Part shown: positions 41,861-56,210 of the stretch, piece after piece
Position numbering within the stretch: position 1 is the first letter of the stretch
How the letters are laid out: each line of letters opens with the position of its first letter
The notes under the pieces: model-generated
What the model was told of the DNA's origin: nothing
The model's database searches: none
Seen by the model: the letters and a program-made list of their open reading frames with translations, nothing else
Assembly (NCBI GenBank): GCA_951406725.2
Contig: OX597821.1
Coordinates: forward strand, 1,736,001-1,800,000
DNA length: 64,000 nt
Source: Octopus vulgaris
Taxonomy: Eukaryota
Direction of reading: 5' to 3'
Position numbers and translations under genes: made by a program

Positions 41861-44800
41861 CGGCTGAGAATTATTGATATTTTAGCTGCTTAGTATTTAA
41901 GAGACATCCAAAGATTGCTCTCTTGGTACTCTACTGTTTCTGCTTTCTTCTGATTCTTTTCCAGTTTACGTCTTTTATATTTCTTTCAAAATAAATTCCG
42001 TCTTCTTCTTCTACTCTGTTCTCTATACTGAAATATTCATTCCAGCTTTGCCAAGCATATGAAAGATAAAACAAAGGAGAATGAGATATTCCGCAGCAAA
42101 TGAAACATGTCTTTAATATTTTTACCCTCCAAAATCGAGATCAGAAAGATTACAGAATTTTCATTTTTACCCCTCAGTCATATTTCGTTAAAAACATCTT
42201 TGATCTTATAGAATTAATCTTTCAAAACAAGTAAAATTCCGAGCAATAAAAATTACTCTCGATACATTATGACAAAAACTAAACAAAAACAAACCAAACA
42301 TACGAACAAATAAAAGGCAAAATATAAAATACAAAAATGCGTCACCAAATCGATCAACGTAGTTAAGTTGCAAGGTTGCAATAGGTTAGCTACTTCACTT
42401 ATATTGACTACTAGTGTGGTTGTGCAGTCTCTAATAAAACGAAATATGTTTATATAAACCAAACATATTGCAAATGAATATTGCGTAGTTTCATTTCGGT
42501 ATTTCTGTGATGCCTCTTTTCTGGGATCATCCCTTCTCACATTTGACTTTTCTTGATTTGCATGGAAGGCTACAGTGTTTCTTTCATTTCTGATTTCCTT
42601 CTTATTGAATATCCTCCTCCTTTTTCTGAGGCAATGAAATAAGTTTGCATGTCTAAGTGTATTGTGTTTATAATGCACATATTATTTGTCGCATGTATGT
42701 ATGCATGTATGTCTTTTATGTATGTATGTGTGTATCGAGTATGAAGGCATGGGAAACAGTGTGTACGTATTTATGCTTATGTATATATGTGTGAGTGTGT
42801 GTTTTATATATCTATGTAGTTATAGATGTGTGTGTGTATCTATGTGTGTATGTGTGCGTGAATAAATTAATCAAGCGAATGAAATACGATAACGTGACAA
42901 TGAGAAGAAAAAACACATATGATGTATGGAGTCAGAGAAGAGAAAGTGCGGGTATAAAGAAGCGTACAAATATAAAGAGATAAAGTAAAAATCAAAGAAA
43001 TGTACACTAGAAGTGCATACACGAAAGGAAAATGCAGAAGAGAATATCAAAGAGTAAAACAGATTAAGAGAGAGAGAGAGAGCCAAGAGAAAGTTTAAAA
43101 TATACCGTACCGAATTTAAGCCGTCTGTTGAAATGACAGTGTAATTATAAGACTACATTATACATTGTATCTATTTTCTCAAGTTGCTTAGGTGTAATTT
43201 TACAAAAAATGTAGCTTGTATTTGTAGCAGTTCGATATCATGACTTGGTTTATTAAACAGTTTAGTTTACGTCTGTGCTGTTTCTGTCATAAAAATACTA
43301 TTGAATGAAAATTTGAAACCTCTAAGTGGACTCCATTTTCACGAATATTTTCTCTTTATAAATCATAATAAAAATACGAAGAAAAATACGATGACGAGCA
43401 ACGCTAAGATAGTTTAAGAATGAAAGCTACATTAAAATGAATAAATTTGAACATTGTAAAATGCGAAAGGAAGTAAGAAAAAATATAAGAAAAATCTCTA
43501 AGGTGAGCTTAAAATATCGAAAAACTATCACAAGACAGCTACTGGCATTGAAACCGAACTTTCTACAAGAATTCACAATATATTTTTCCTTCTTATCTTT
43601 CTCCTTTCTCGGTATCGTACTTTCCTTTTATTGTGTAATTTTCTTTATTTATTAAAAAATTGCTTTAGCAAAGCAATTTTCAGGCTGACATGGTAGTTTG
43701 AACAGGCAAAAATAGCACAAAAAGATTGGTTAGATAAGCAGATTAAGAGTAATTACACAGCTGCTGAAAAAAGATACCCGGCAGGGTAACCCCCTAATAC
43801 AGTCCCGGTTAAATATTTGTTGTTCTACTTTTTTCTTGTTTCTACTGTGTTTCAAATCTTCCAAGTGATACCAAACCAAAATTAGGAAAAAAAAAAAAAA
43901 AAAAGAAATCTAAAAGCGAAACCAAAACAAAAGCACCAAAAACAAATGAATAAGAATGAAAAAAACATTTGTAAACTAAACAAAAAATAAAACATTGGCG
44001 AAACTAGATAACAGTAGCAGCACCAGCAGCAGCAGCACCATAAAAACAATGATAATAACGATGATGATGATGATAATGATGATGAAAATGATGATGATGA
44101 TGACGATGATGATGTTCATGATGATATATGATGATGATGATGATGATGATGATGAAAATAATGAAGGAGATGTGGAGAGTGGTCGAAGTTAAAATTAGAA
44201 AATATAAACAAAAAAAATTAAGATTTAGAACTAAAACAAGAACAAACGACTCGAAAAGTCGATTCTACTAGAAAAAAATGTTATTATGAACTAGCTTTAT
44301 GTATATTTTGTTTGATTTTAAAAAAATTCATTAGTTTACTGTGTTATAATTTATTTTTTAAATCCCAATCCACGGTTTCTAGAAATATTCTATTGAGATG
44401 GAGATTAGAATTATAATGAAACAAAATAAACTCAAGAAATAAAAATAAGATGAAAAAAAATAAAATAAAATAAAAGTAAAATTGTTATAAAGTTCTAAAA
44501 GACCTCGGGAGACAAGATCTGCTCAGACAGCAAGGAGAAGAAAATGAATTTGATGGATATCAGTGAACAGATTATTAAGGTATAGAGTGATACTCACTGC
44601 ATCTTCACTATTAACTTGTGTAATGTGGATGGCTTATATAATACAAAGACCCATGCTTAATCGACCGTTCACGAAGACATTAAACATTCATAGATTGGTT
44701 TACGGTGGTGACATAATCTGCGAGAAGAATTTCTCAACTCTCCAGAGAATAAAGTCTGGCTCTATAATTAGGCTTGAAGGAACTGCAGGATAATAAGGGA

Positions 44801-44945
44801 AAGCAATAATACAGTAAGACAGGATATAATGTAGTAGGAAAATCAATATGGTAAATAAGCCAAAAAAAAAAAAAAGAAAAGAAAAGAAAAAGGGAAAATG
44901 ATAATAAAATAGATGACCGAAGAATAGAAGCTGTGGAGTACATAT

Positions 44946-45095
44946 ACAACGGTTTGCTGAAAAGTTACTGGCTTTACGGGTGTCGCGAAAGGCCTGGTTG
45001 GAGGCCCAAGCTTCCGAGTGAATCTGAGAGAGGAACGCGTTGAATAAATTCATAATTAACTGACATTCACCCAGTCAGAAACTTTTCAGCACCAA

Positions 45096-45190
<95 letters not shown>

Positions 45191-45575
45191 GTATGTATAT
45201 CAGAGTAAGCATATACATGCGAAACAAGGTGGAAAAAGTAGTACTCGAAAACCAGCGGTAGATTACTATGCTTTATTAAAAAGCACCCCAAATATTACAA
45301 AATCTGTTACTCAGAAATTCATGTGCCCGTTCGCCGGACAGTTTTGTTTAGTATATATATATATATATATTTATACATAGTTCCTGGTTGAAAGGGTGTC
45401 GGGAAAGGCCTGGTTGGCGGCCAAACTTTCCGACGGCGTTTAGAAAAACTGAAGAACTGCAGCAATAAGTGGGTGAATCTGAAAAGGGAACATGTCGAAT
45501 AAAATCATGTTTAACTGATCATTCCTCGTCCCCTATTTTTTTTTTATCTCAGATAAAACTTTTCAGCACCCCTCG
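44946..45575. mobile_element. Two mariner-type MITE copies flanking (TA)n and a pLTR
   Basis: tgctgaaaagtt..aacttttcagcacc; homologous to 25664-25879. Confidence 0.7.
45304..45341 (-). ncRNA. Degenerate hammerhead in solo pLTR (45203-45351)
   Basis: rc ctgt CCGGCGA ac gggcac at GAATT TCTGA GTA acag; stem I ctgt/acag intact, core mutated. Confidence 0.4.
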
Positions 45576-45850
45576 TATATATATATATATATGTGTGTGA
45601 GTGTGTGTGTGTGCGTGTGTTTATGTATGTGTGTGTATATATGTGTGTGTCTATGTTTGTCACCGCAACATCGCTTGACAACCGATGCTGGTGTGTTTAT
45701 GTCCCCGTAATCTAGCGGTTCGGCAAAAGAGAACGATAAAATAAGTACTAGGCTTACAAAGAATAAGTCCTGGGGCCGATTTGCTCGACTAAAGGCGGTG
45801 CTCCAGCATGGACGCAGTCAAATGACTGAAACAAGTAAAAGAATGTAAAA
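45575..45850 (+). mobile_element. SINE family A 3' half
   Basis: Family A homology. Confidence 0.85.
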
Positions 45851-46030
45851 GAAAGTAATGTGAGCGTGTCTGTGTGTGTGTGTGTGTGTATGTGTATGTA
45901 TGTATATGTATGTGTGTGTGCCTTTGTATATATATATATATATATATATGTTTGTATGTGTGTATATTTGAGGGCAGATATTTTCAAGTGTGTGTGTGTC
46001 TGTAAAATATCGTAGTGTCTAGCTTCAAAG

Positions 46031-46262
46031 TGGAAGCGCATGGCTTAGTGGTTAAGGTATTGGACTTATGTTCGTAAGATTGTGCTTTCGATTCTTGGAC
46101 CGGGCGATGAGTTGTTTTCTTGAACAAAACACTTCATTTCACGTTGCTCCAGTCCACTTACCTGGCCAACATGAGTAATTCTACGATGGACCGGCGTACC
46201 GTCCAGGTGAGAAATATATACACTATTGAAACCGGGAAACCTGTACTTATGAGCCTGGCATG
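46031..46262 (+). mobile_element. SINE family D
   Basis: tggcttagtggttaagg..tttcgattcttggaccgggcg; body as in 127-392. Confidence 0.75.
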
Positions 46263-46369
46263 GCTCGAGAAGAAAGCATCTCCCTCTCCATAAAAGGGAG
46301 AACGAACACGGATACAAAATCCATTCAAATCTCAAATGATGGAAGCACATTAGTCCCGCATCATGTCTC

Positions 46370-46598
46370 TCTTACTCTTTTACTCTTTTACTTGTTTCAG
46401 TCACTTTGACTGCAGCCATGCTGGAGCACCGCCTTTAGTCGAGCAAATCGACCCAAAGACTTATTATTTGTAAGCATAGTACTTATTCCATCGGTCTTTT
46501 TTGCCGAACCGCTAAGTTACGGGGACGTAAACACATCAGCATCGGTTGTCAAGCGATATTGGGGACACAGACACACACAAACATATACACACACATGC

Positions 46599-46659
<61 letters not shown>

Positions 46660-46808
46660 TACGACGGGCTTCTTTCAGTTTCCGCCTAGCAAATCCACTC
46701 ACAAGGCTTTAGTCGGTCCGAGGCTATAGTAGAACACAGTCGCTTATGGTGCCACGCAGTGGGACTGAACTCGGAACCATGTGGTTGGTAAGCAAGCTAC
46801 TTACTACA
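46370..46808 (-). mobile_element. SINE family A
   Basis: rc family A. Confidence 0.9.
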
Positions 46809-47681
46809 ACTCTCTTCTAAATGGCTAAGAAACTGAAAAACAAAAAACTACGTCTGTTACATAATCGTCATGAATTAAACAAACGGATAAAGCCAAAGTA
46901 TAAACTTGAGTTCGATGTTGCTGTTTATTTAGCAGAAGGGGCTAAATAAATAACTAAGGGAAATAACTGAGAACCCCACTTAGCAGAAGTATGTTTAAAG
47001 GGGCAATGCACTACTGAATGACACCAGTAAAAAAAAATATCGACTGAAATTTATTTCTGGGAGAATAAAAACATAAATGTTGGATCTTTTATTAGTGATT
47101 CTCAAAGAAAATGAAATTTTTTCAAGAAATTAGGAGTTAATCACTAAAATTGATCGGTAATCTTGTTTAACCTTGAAATCAGCTTAAAACAGTCAGCGTT
47201 ATCACCTGACAACATTGTCAAACGTATTAGATGTTGGTATGTGATCTGAGGACACTGCGGTTGATGGTTTTTGGGAATTGGACAATAGCTTGAATTAGAA
47301 AATACGCACACACACATGCATATACACATATACACACATACACACAAATACACTCATATCACAGAGAATGTAGAAACATTCCTTTCTGGAAGTGTCCATA
47401 TATATGCATCGACACATAAACACACTCGAACAAAGAAAAAGAGCGCGATGTATTCCTGAGCAAAACAATCCATTTTGCGTTGCTCCGTTTCACTCAACTG
47501 CGACTGGCTAGTCGATCGATCAGGGGAATATTGGCCTGCTCTCCAAGCCAGCGGCGTGGCATCATTCGAAAACTATAGCGATCTACAGTGCATTGTAACC
47601 ATCCAACGGCATATAACAAAATCTGATAGCTTAACCGATTATGTGATCCTGCGATCAAACTGTTTTAAATAATATATATAT

Positions 47682-48982
47682 GTTGGCATCCGTTTTGTCG
47701 GGAGACAATGGAGTTGCGCATAAAATAGTCTAGTTCGGCTTTTACATTTCATATCCTAATACATTTCCTGCTGTGGCTGTGTAGTCCTATCCTGGACAAA
47801 CACTCCCTCTGGCAGGTACCGCAAATGTACCGAAGACTGTTCCTGGCTGGTTGTAATGTCATAGTTTCTTGTTGATGTGTTTTCTTGTCTTTCCATTTCT
47901 CCTCTCTCTCTCTTTCACTGCTTTGTATTCCCTCTTTTACGGTACGTCGCCAAACTCTACGGTTGCTGACAACTGCTTCCCAATTGCTAATATTGATGTT
48001 GCAGGCCTTCATGTCCCTTTTGCAAACATCCCTGTAACGTAAGAGCGGTCTTCCCACAGACCTAGTACCCCTAGCAAGCTCTCCGTAGAGTATGTTCTTG
48101 GGGATTTTGCCATCTTTCATACGGCTAACATGCCCAAGCCATCTCATACGTCTTTGTGGGAAGAGTGCAAACATGCTTGGTATTCCTGCTTGCTTGATGA
48201 CATCTTTGTTGGGGATATGATTCTGCCATTTGATGCGGAGGATTTTCCGGAGGCAGCGCAGCTGAAAGATGTTTAGGCGACGCTCTTGGCGTGTGTATGG
48301 CGTCCAAGTCTCACTTCCATAAAGTAGAGTGCTAAGTACACATGATTGGTAGATCTTCATTTTAGTGGTCTTGGTCAGCTTATTGTAGTCCCAAGCCCGT
48401 TTGGAGAGTTGGGCCATCGCAGCAGCTTCCTTGCTAATGCGTGTATTGAGCTCAGCGTCAAGGGATAGGTTGTAGGTGACGGTAGAGCCAAGATAGGTAA
48501 ACTTCTCAACCTACTGTAATCTGTGGTCTCCAATATGTATGTTTGGGATGTCCGATGTAGCCTGACCCATGATGTTGGTCTTCTTGAGGCTGATAGCTAA
48601 GACAAAGTCGTTACATGCTTGCTCAAAACAGTTGATGAGCCTTTGGAGAGCTTCTGTGTGTGATACCAGAGCGGCATCATCAGCAAATAGCATCTCCTTG
48701 ATCAGGACGTTTATGATTTTGGTCTTGGCACGCAGGCGCGAGAGATTGAACAGTTTCCCGTCACTTCTACTGTGCAGAAACATTCCATCATCTGATGTCT
48801 AAAAGGCGTGTGAGAGCAAGAGCGAGAAGATGCCAAATAATGAGGAGCGAAGACACAACCTTGCTTTACCCCGTTTTTTATTTGGAAGGTGGCTGATGTT
48901 GAACCATTGTGCTGTATGGTGCCTTGCATGTCATCATGGAAAGACTTGATGAACCTCAGCAGCTTTGGTGGATATCCGCTTT
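47682..48982 (-). mobile_element. RTE (BovB-like) LINE, 5'-truncated, decayed
   Basis: GVKQGCVFAP, MLFADDAAL, LLYGSETW, RMRWLGHV, terminal CGTCQRECLSRIGLHSH zinc finger. Confidence 0.92.
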
Positions 48983-49020
48983 AATAATAAATATATATAA
49001 ATAATATATATATATAAATA

Positions 49021-49066
<46 letters not shown>

Positions 49067-49119
49067 TATATATATAATATATAATATATATATATATATA
49101 TAATATATATATATATATA

Positions 49120-50440
49120 GATAAGAAAGTTGGTTTGTAAAAGCACGTGGGTAAATATATAAAAAATAGTAAAGAGTGAAAAAACGACAGAAGGCTTAAA
49201 TGTTAAAACATATATATATTTGCGTCAATATGACTGAAGAATATTAGAAAGTTTTTTAAACAAAATTTTTTTTTTCCTTTATAATGACATAATTTTTAAA
49301 GAAAGACCGGTTTCGCATTTAGCTTTTCAAATTTCTTGTGACGTTATGTTTATGTTTAATAGAGTTATCCTTGTGTTTAAGCTCCGGAGAGTTCTAAATA
49401 AGGGAAGGTAGTGGGTGATTTCTTCCGGTGTAAGGGAGATAATCGCTTAAAATTTTTTTTCCTTTCCCTTAATGTGAATTTCTCTGTATCAGTATGTTCG
49501 GATGGTTGAGTCCGGGCTTGTACTTTTCAATGAAGAATGTTTCCTTGTTTAGTCTAATTTGTGTTGATGATCCGAAAGCACATTGGTAAAATGGAAAGAT
49601 TAAAAATTGTGGTAGTAGTTGCTTTGCGCATTTCTCAATGTGCTCACTAAAAGGTATCATTCTATATTCTGGGAATGCAATCTGTTGTCGATGCAGTGTG
49701 CATCTACGTCTGAGTGATAGTCCCGTGGAACCCACGTAGTCTTGGTGGCAGCCCAAGCATTTTATGACAAAAATTATGTTTTCAGAGGCACAAGTAAAGT
49801 TAGATTTGATCTTGAATTTCTGTCCCTCTTTAAAGAGGAATTCTGATCCTTCTAGCAGGTTAGGACATGTTGCACAGTTCGATTTACCACATTTTTTTAC
49901 TTTTGCCTCCGTAATTTCAGAAGACAATTTTGCCTTTGTGAGAATCTTTTTAAGTGATTTAGGCTGTTTGTAGCTTTTAATGATTTGGTGTATGTTTAGA
50001 ATTTCCTTTAATTTGGGTTTTTTATGAAGTATTGGTAAATTCTGGGTGATGATGGTGAAGGCTTCTTTGTTTCTGGGGTTGTATGTAGATATGTAAGGTA
50101 GTATTTTCGGGGAAGGTGTGTTGTTGTGTTGAACTTTTCTTAAAGTTTCTATGTTGATTTCTGTTGCACGTCTGATCCCATCCTCTATGAGTTGAGCTGG
50201 GTAATGTCTGTCAATTAGGGTGTTTTTGAGTTCTTGCAGTCTAAAGTTCCTGGTATTTTGTTCTGACACTATTGTGCATATCCTTCTTGCAAGGTTGAAG
50301 GGGATGTTTGTTTTAGTGTGTCTTGGGTGGCATGAATAAAGAGAAGGTATTGTTTGGCGTCTGTGGCTTTGTAGAAAATGTCTGTTTCTATTTTAAGGTT
50401 AATTTTTTTAATTAGTATATCCAAGAACGGGAGCTCCTTT
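49120..50440 (-). mobile_element. 5'-truncated AT-rich PLE with 3' pLTR, ending in (TA)n
   Basis: ELPFLDI..TDIFYKATD..SCHPRH; ORF 49469-50269 CGKSNCATC, FTCASENIIFVIKCLGCHQDYVGSTG (GIY-YIG). Confidence 0.92.
49299..49337 (-). ncRNA. Minimal hammerhead with U3-A8 core variant
   Basis: rc aagaaa t TTGAAAA gc taaat gc GAAAC CG GTC tttctt; in the PLE 3' pLTR, sense to the ORF. Confidence 0.65.
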
Positions 50441-50557
50441 TGATAATCACGTTGGTTTAGAGATCAGTTCCATTGTACGGCAATTGTCTTCTTCTATAGC
50501 CAAGGCCGACCAATGCATGGTGAGTGAATTTGATAGACAGAAAGAGTATAGAATAGT

Positions 50558-50780
50558 ATGGCGAGCTGGCGAGCACACCGGGCGAAATGCTTAGCTGTAT
50601 TTCGTCTGCCGTTACGTTCTGAGTTCAAATTCCGCCGAGGCCAACTTTGCCGTTCATCCTTTTGGGGTCAACGAAATAAGTGCCAGTTACGCACTGGGGT
50701 CGATATAATCGATTTAATTAGTTTGTCCGTCCTTGTTTGTCCCCTCTCTGTGTAGCCCCTGGTAGGCAGTAAAGAAATAA
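50558..50780 (+). mobile_element. SINE family B nested in an old family A copy (50450-51060)
   Basis: Family B homology; flanks are the two halves of a diverged family A. Confidence 0.82.
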
Positions 50781-51762
50781 GAAACAGTATGGAAGCCCTT
50801 CATGTATGTGCGTGTGTGTGGTTTTGTATGTATGTATGTATGTATGTATGTATGTATGTATGTGAGTTTATCTGTGTTTGTTTTTGTGTTTTTCTGGCCC
50901 CTTATTGACAAATTGTGTTATTTTATTACTGTTCTCGTAATTTAGCGGTTTGGCAAAACCCACGACAGAATAAATATCGAAGTCAAAAATTATTCATGGG
51001 ATCTATTCGTTTAACTAAACTCTTCAAGGCGGTGTCCCAGCATGAAACAAGTAAACGATGAAAGAAAGATAGATATAAAGATGTGTATATTAGTTTCGAA
51101 CGCGTATCATGCAATATCTTACTATCTCAGCCATAACCCATACTCAACTACGTATATACATTCATATATACGCTCCAGCAAATCTGAACCTTACACTGGT
51201 CATATGTGGACAAATCGATATTTGGAAATAGATAGGTTATAAGAAATCTCTACTTAATTAGATTCCTTCCGTGCTGCGATTCCATGCTAAAAGTTTTGAC
51301 CTCTCTTTAAGTTCAAACATCATTACGACGGGAAGGAAACGTAGGTAGAATGCCCGAAATTAAATTTCACTGGGATCTTTTCATATAACGTACTCATCTT
51401 TCTGATGGAGGTCACATATTGTGGCCAGGTCTATTGTTGTTGCAGCTAGTTAGATATATTACGAAATATTACGATATATTACCTGGAATTACCTTAATGA
51501 CGAAGTAATATTACTTAACAACGCTTATTGTACGCCCCACCATCACCAACATGACAGCTACGTATAGGTGGTACTGCTATTATTTCACATACACTACATA
51601 TGATTTTATACACACACATACACAAACGCATACACATATCCTGAGAGAGGTAGAGAGAGATTATATAAGTATACAATGTATACACGTGCGTGTTTGTGTG
51701 CGTGTGTGTATATATATATATATGTATATATATGTGCATGTATATATATCTATGTATTTCTG

Positions 51763-51815
<53 letters not shown>

Positions 51816-52131
51816 ATATGTATTTATACCCTCATCTTGTAGATATATATTGATTAGATGAGAAATATAAGTGGCCTTTATGCCGCTTACAATATCACAA
51901 TGTACGTCTGACCCATGCACCGATTTATATGTCCATCTCTGTATTTATTATTCTAGTTATCTAATATATTAACTCTTCATAACTTTATCAATTCATACCT
52001 TTCTCATGACTCCAGTCCGTCTGTCAGTCTGTCTATCGGTCTGTCTGTTTATGTGTCTATCTGTCTAACTGTCTGTCTCCCTACCTATTTACCTTTCTGT
52101 CGTTCTATCTCTCTGGTACTTCAGGTATGTC

Positions 52132-52307
52132 ATAGGAGTGGGTGTGTGGTAAGTAGCTTGCTTACGAACCACATGGTTCCGGGTTCAGTCCCACTGCGTG
52201 TTAAATTGGTCAAGTGTATTCTACTATAGCCTCGGGCCGACCAAAGCCTTTCAAGTGGATTTGGTAGACGGAAACTGAAAGAAGCCCGTCGTATATATGT
52301 ATATATG

Positions 52308-52384
<77 letters not shown>

Positions 52385-52592
52385 ATATGTTTGTGTGTAT
52401 GTGTTTGTCCCCCCCCATCGATTGACAACCGATTCTGGTGCATTTATATCCCCATAACTTAGCGGTTCGACAAAAGATACCGATAGAATAAGTACTAGGC
52501 TTACAAAGAATAAGTCCTGGGATTGATTTGCTCGAGTAGCAGTACGTGCTTCAGCATGGTGGCAGTCAAATTACTGAAAAAAGTAAAAGAGT
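52132..52592 (+). mobile_element. SINE family A
   Basis: Family A homology. Confidence 0.9.
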
Positions 52593-52674
52593 ATGTATGT
52601 AAACACTTGCGTAAGTATCTACCTAACTTTAAACTCTCATTGTATATGCTATATCAATTACGATATTGTATTAT

Positions 52675-52890
52675 AAGGCGGCAAGCTGGTATAATCACTG
52701 GTACGCTGGGAAAAATACTTCGCAGCATTTCGCCCGTCTTCATGTTCCTGAGTTCAAAATCTACCGAGATCGAGTTAGTTCTTCATTCTTTCGGTGGTCG
52801 ATAAAATAAGTACTAGTTAATCACTGGAGGCGAGATAAATCATTCTCTTCCGAACTTATTGGTCTTGTGCCAAAATTTGAATCAATATTA
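52675..52890 (+). mobile_element. SINE family B (diverged)
   Basis: ggcggcaagctgg..gagttcaaaat..ggtcttgtgccaaaatttgaa tail. Confidence 0.75.
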
Positions 52891-53511
52891 TATCACTAGC
52901 GGGACCCGTGAATATTTCACAGAATTAACTGTCAGCTTTTTGGGTTATAATCTGAAAACCGTATTCAAAAAATCTAAAATTGTAGCCTTTGTTGTGTCTG
53001 TATCAAAAGATAGACGCTCGTCTGCTAATCATTGAAAAGTGAAGGAAATTGGTATATGATGATGACTTAATGTACTTTATACATACATTTGATATACTTT
53101 ATGCAGCATTTTATAGACTTAATACACAGCACTCTCCCTCTTTATCACTCACTCTTTGCCTTACCTCTTTTTCTCTCTCCTTTTTCTTTCTCTCTTCGCC
53201 TTTCCCTTCAACTAATTACGTGAAGTGTTATAGACGGGCTAAGTAACGGAGAAAATAACTTACTTATAGAAAAACATTACACATTTCCCTCACCACTAGC
53301 TCTCCCTCCCCCATACCATCCCACTCATTCCTTTCCCGTCCCCCATGCCTTCCAACCCCCCATTCCCCCCTTTCCTTATATAATCACGTGGAAGCGTTAC
53401 GGACGGGCTAAGTAACTGAGTGACAAGCAGAATGACTATATATATATATACGAAGATATAACAAAATTAGCCCTGTGTAAATATCTACTATATATATATA
53501 TATATATTTTA

Positions 53512-53890
53512 CCCTCTTTTACTGTTATCTTCATTCGACTGCGACCATACTGTGGCACCGTCTTGAATGTTTTAGAGAACAAATCGATCCCAGTTCGTAT
53601 TTTTCTTAAAGCTGAATATCTATACTATTCGGTCTCTTTTGTCCAACCTATAATTTACGAATCTAAATACACCAAGACCGGTTTTGGGGACAAACACAGC
53701 ACAAAGACACCCACCACATAGACATATATACACAGCCGACTGTCCGACTGTCTTCTTCCAGTTCGCTTGTCAGAGATCCTCTGCCATCACGGTGGTCAAC
53801 TCAAGGGGTATCGCAGAAGATATTTTTCCGATGTGCCACACAGCGGATCTCAACCCAATGCCATGTTGCCGAGGAGCAAGTTTCTTAACT
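53512..53890 (-). mobile_element. Old SINE family A
   Basis: Diverged rc homology. Confidence 0.6.
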
Positions 53891-54689
53891 GCGCCTGAAA
53901 TTAAACAATATTTTTGAAGCCTTTTATGCGAAATTCGAAGCAGAAATGACTGCATATCGATTTTATTTCTTTGCACAGCGAAAAGTAAATGACGTTTCGC
54001 CAATATGGCTGATGGGTCTTTTTGACTTGTTTATTATACAACTGTCCCTCGAACTGGATCAGGCTGAAAAGCTGGCTGTATTACATACAGATACATTTTG
54101 GGTATGTAGAGTCTGGTGTGTTGAGCAGTCAGTGATGTAAGTTGGACAAAGCAAAACTTTTTTATATCCACTACCTAAACTTCTAGAATGAGGGCTGATA
54201 TATTGTTTGTGAAGTCTGATGACGCGCTCGCGTCTCCGCCTCAGCAAAGAGCATTGTGTATAGTGAAAAGCTACACCCAGCCTGTAGTAATGCTTTTGTT
54301 GTGACAGAACCTCGTGGATCTAAGGGAGAAAGCTCTAACTGAAAATCCTGTTCTATCCAGAAATGGCAGCAGTCTCGAAGTCATTTGTCAAAATTCTGAC
54401 ATTATGGCGATTGAAATGTGTGGTCCTGTGGAAGAAGAGCCGAATGTCAAGGGAGAGCTCGCTTTCTCAAGTTTGCTAAGCACCATAGAGAGTCGGTTCC
54501 AGACTCAAGGCACATAGATTCAACGCATTATTGGGAGAAACTTCAGGAAGCTTGGCGTCTCAGAAGCTACTGGAGAAGAGAATGACACCAGTACAAATGC
54601 CTCTGTACGATTGAATGATGAGGCGAACAATTCTGTTCTGGATGAGAAAAGAGATATGCGCAGAATCTTTCTATGGGAAAACACACGAG

Positions 54690-55005
54690 AGCATCGAGCT
54701 TACGATCGTGAGGTTGTGAGCTCGAATCCCGGACCGGGCTGCGTGTTGTGTTCTTGAGCAAGGCACTTTATTTCACGTTGCTCCAGTTCACTCAGCTGTA
54801 GAAATGAGTTGCGACGTCACTGGTGCCAAGCTGTATCGACCTTTGTATTTCCCTTGGATAACACTGGTGGCGTGGAGAGGGGTGGCTGGTATGCATGGGC
54901 GACTGCTGGTCTTCCATAAACAACCTTGCCCGGACTTGTGTCTAGGAGGGTAACTTTCTAGGTGCAATCCCATGGTCATTCATGACCGAAGGGGGTCTTT
55001 ACCCC
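54690..55005 (+). mobile_element. SINE family D (second body type)
   Basis: ctcgaatcccggaccgggc..gttcttgagcaaggcactt; matches 63715-64000 and 57486-57685. Confidence 0.8.
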
Positions 55006-56210
55006 TAGGTAAGCAGAAAGTGGGAACATTATATCATGTACGAAAACAATATAATGTCACCAAGAAATGAGATGTAAAAGCAATCATATTAAACTTCAAA
55101 GAGACAGACCGGAATAGATATGGATTCTTCACTGCAGCAGATGACAATGTAGTTATGTATTGGGAGGAGCACAACAGGAAGTAGGAGTTGAAGTATTTCT
55201 TTCATCAGAAGCATCATACCGTATAATCTCATATCGACCAATTAATGAGAGGCTCATATACGCTCCTACGAAGGCTACACCTTTTATCATCCCATATCTC
55301 CAGGTTTATGTCTTATTTACAGATTTACAGATGTAGAAGAACAAATAGAAGCCTTTTACGAACAAATCTGTTTGCCAAGCACATTTTTACTGCAGGTATG
55401 CTTTTTATCAACATCGAAGCAGGGTCAAGATCGACAGAAAATATTAAATTAGGTATAGATATAGGGGAAAAAACGGTATTAAGTATAATATATAATTACA
55501 AGTTTTTATGTATATATATGAATTGAACAGACCAAATGTATTATGAGCTTCTATAATTATAAATAGATTTGTTGTATATACGAGTTTGCATTTAGTTTGT
55601 ATTTGTTAATTAGTTGTTTATTTTTATATTTCCGATGTTCATGTTTCATTCAAACATCTTTTATAATAACGATTTATCAATAAGCTAAAACAGCTGGTTT
55701 TAGAATCTCTGAAAGATATTCATATGGTAACAGTATTAAGCAGTAATATCCGTTGCCACCTTTTTATAGCTGTTCTTTGCAGAACAAATGTCACTACATT
55801 TTAACGACAGGAAAACATATTTTCCCGCTGGTTATTGACACACAACCCGTGTCTTGTTTTTCTATGCTGGAGTGGGGCTGGTTCGCCCCCTTACTCGAAT
55901 TAAAACAGACACACGATGTGTGTCGTTAACCAGTCGGTAAAGATGTTTTCTTGGGGTTAACATGTAGTAACACATGTTCTGCATAGAACAGTCGCATAAA
56001 AATGGCAAAGGAAATTACCGATTTATCAATAATTTCAATAAATTCATTTACAGTAGAGCAAAGTAATTCAGGAAAAGAAGTTGGATGTTTGCAGACAATT
56101 TAGATTTGGAACAGTAAAGAATGCAAAACCGTGACTTGTCGAACTCTATCGAGATGACATCGTCTTCATCAAGATAACAGCTTAACAATATCACGTAAGG
56201 AAACAATATA

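Noticed and set aside
52890-53440. Possible Helitron/Helentron-like non-autonomous element
   Set aside because: Termini and hairpin not clearly identifiable; single copy in window
54150-54690. GC-richer stretch resembling a decayed LINE
   Set aside because: No assignable RT or endonuclease motif
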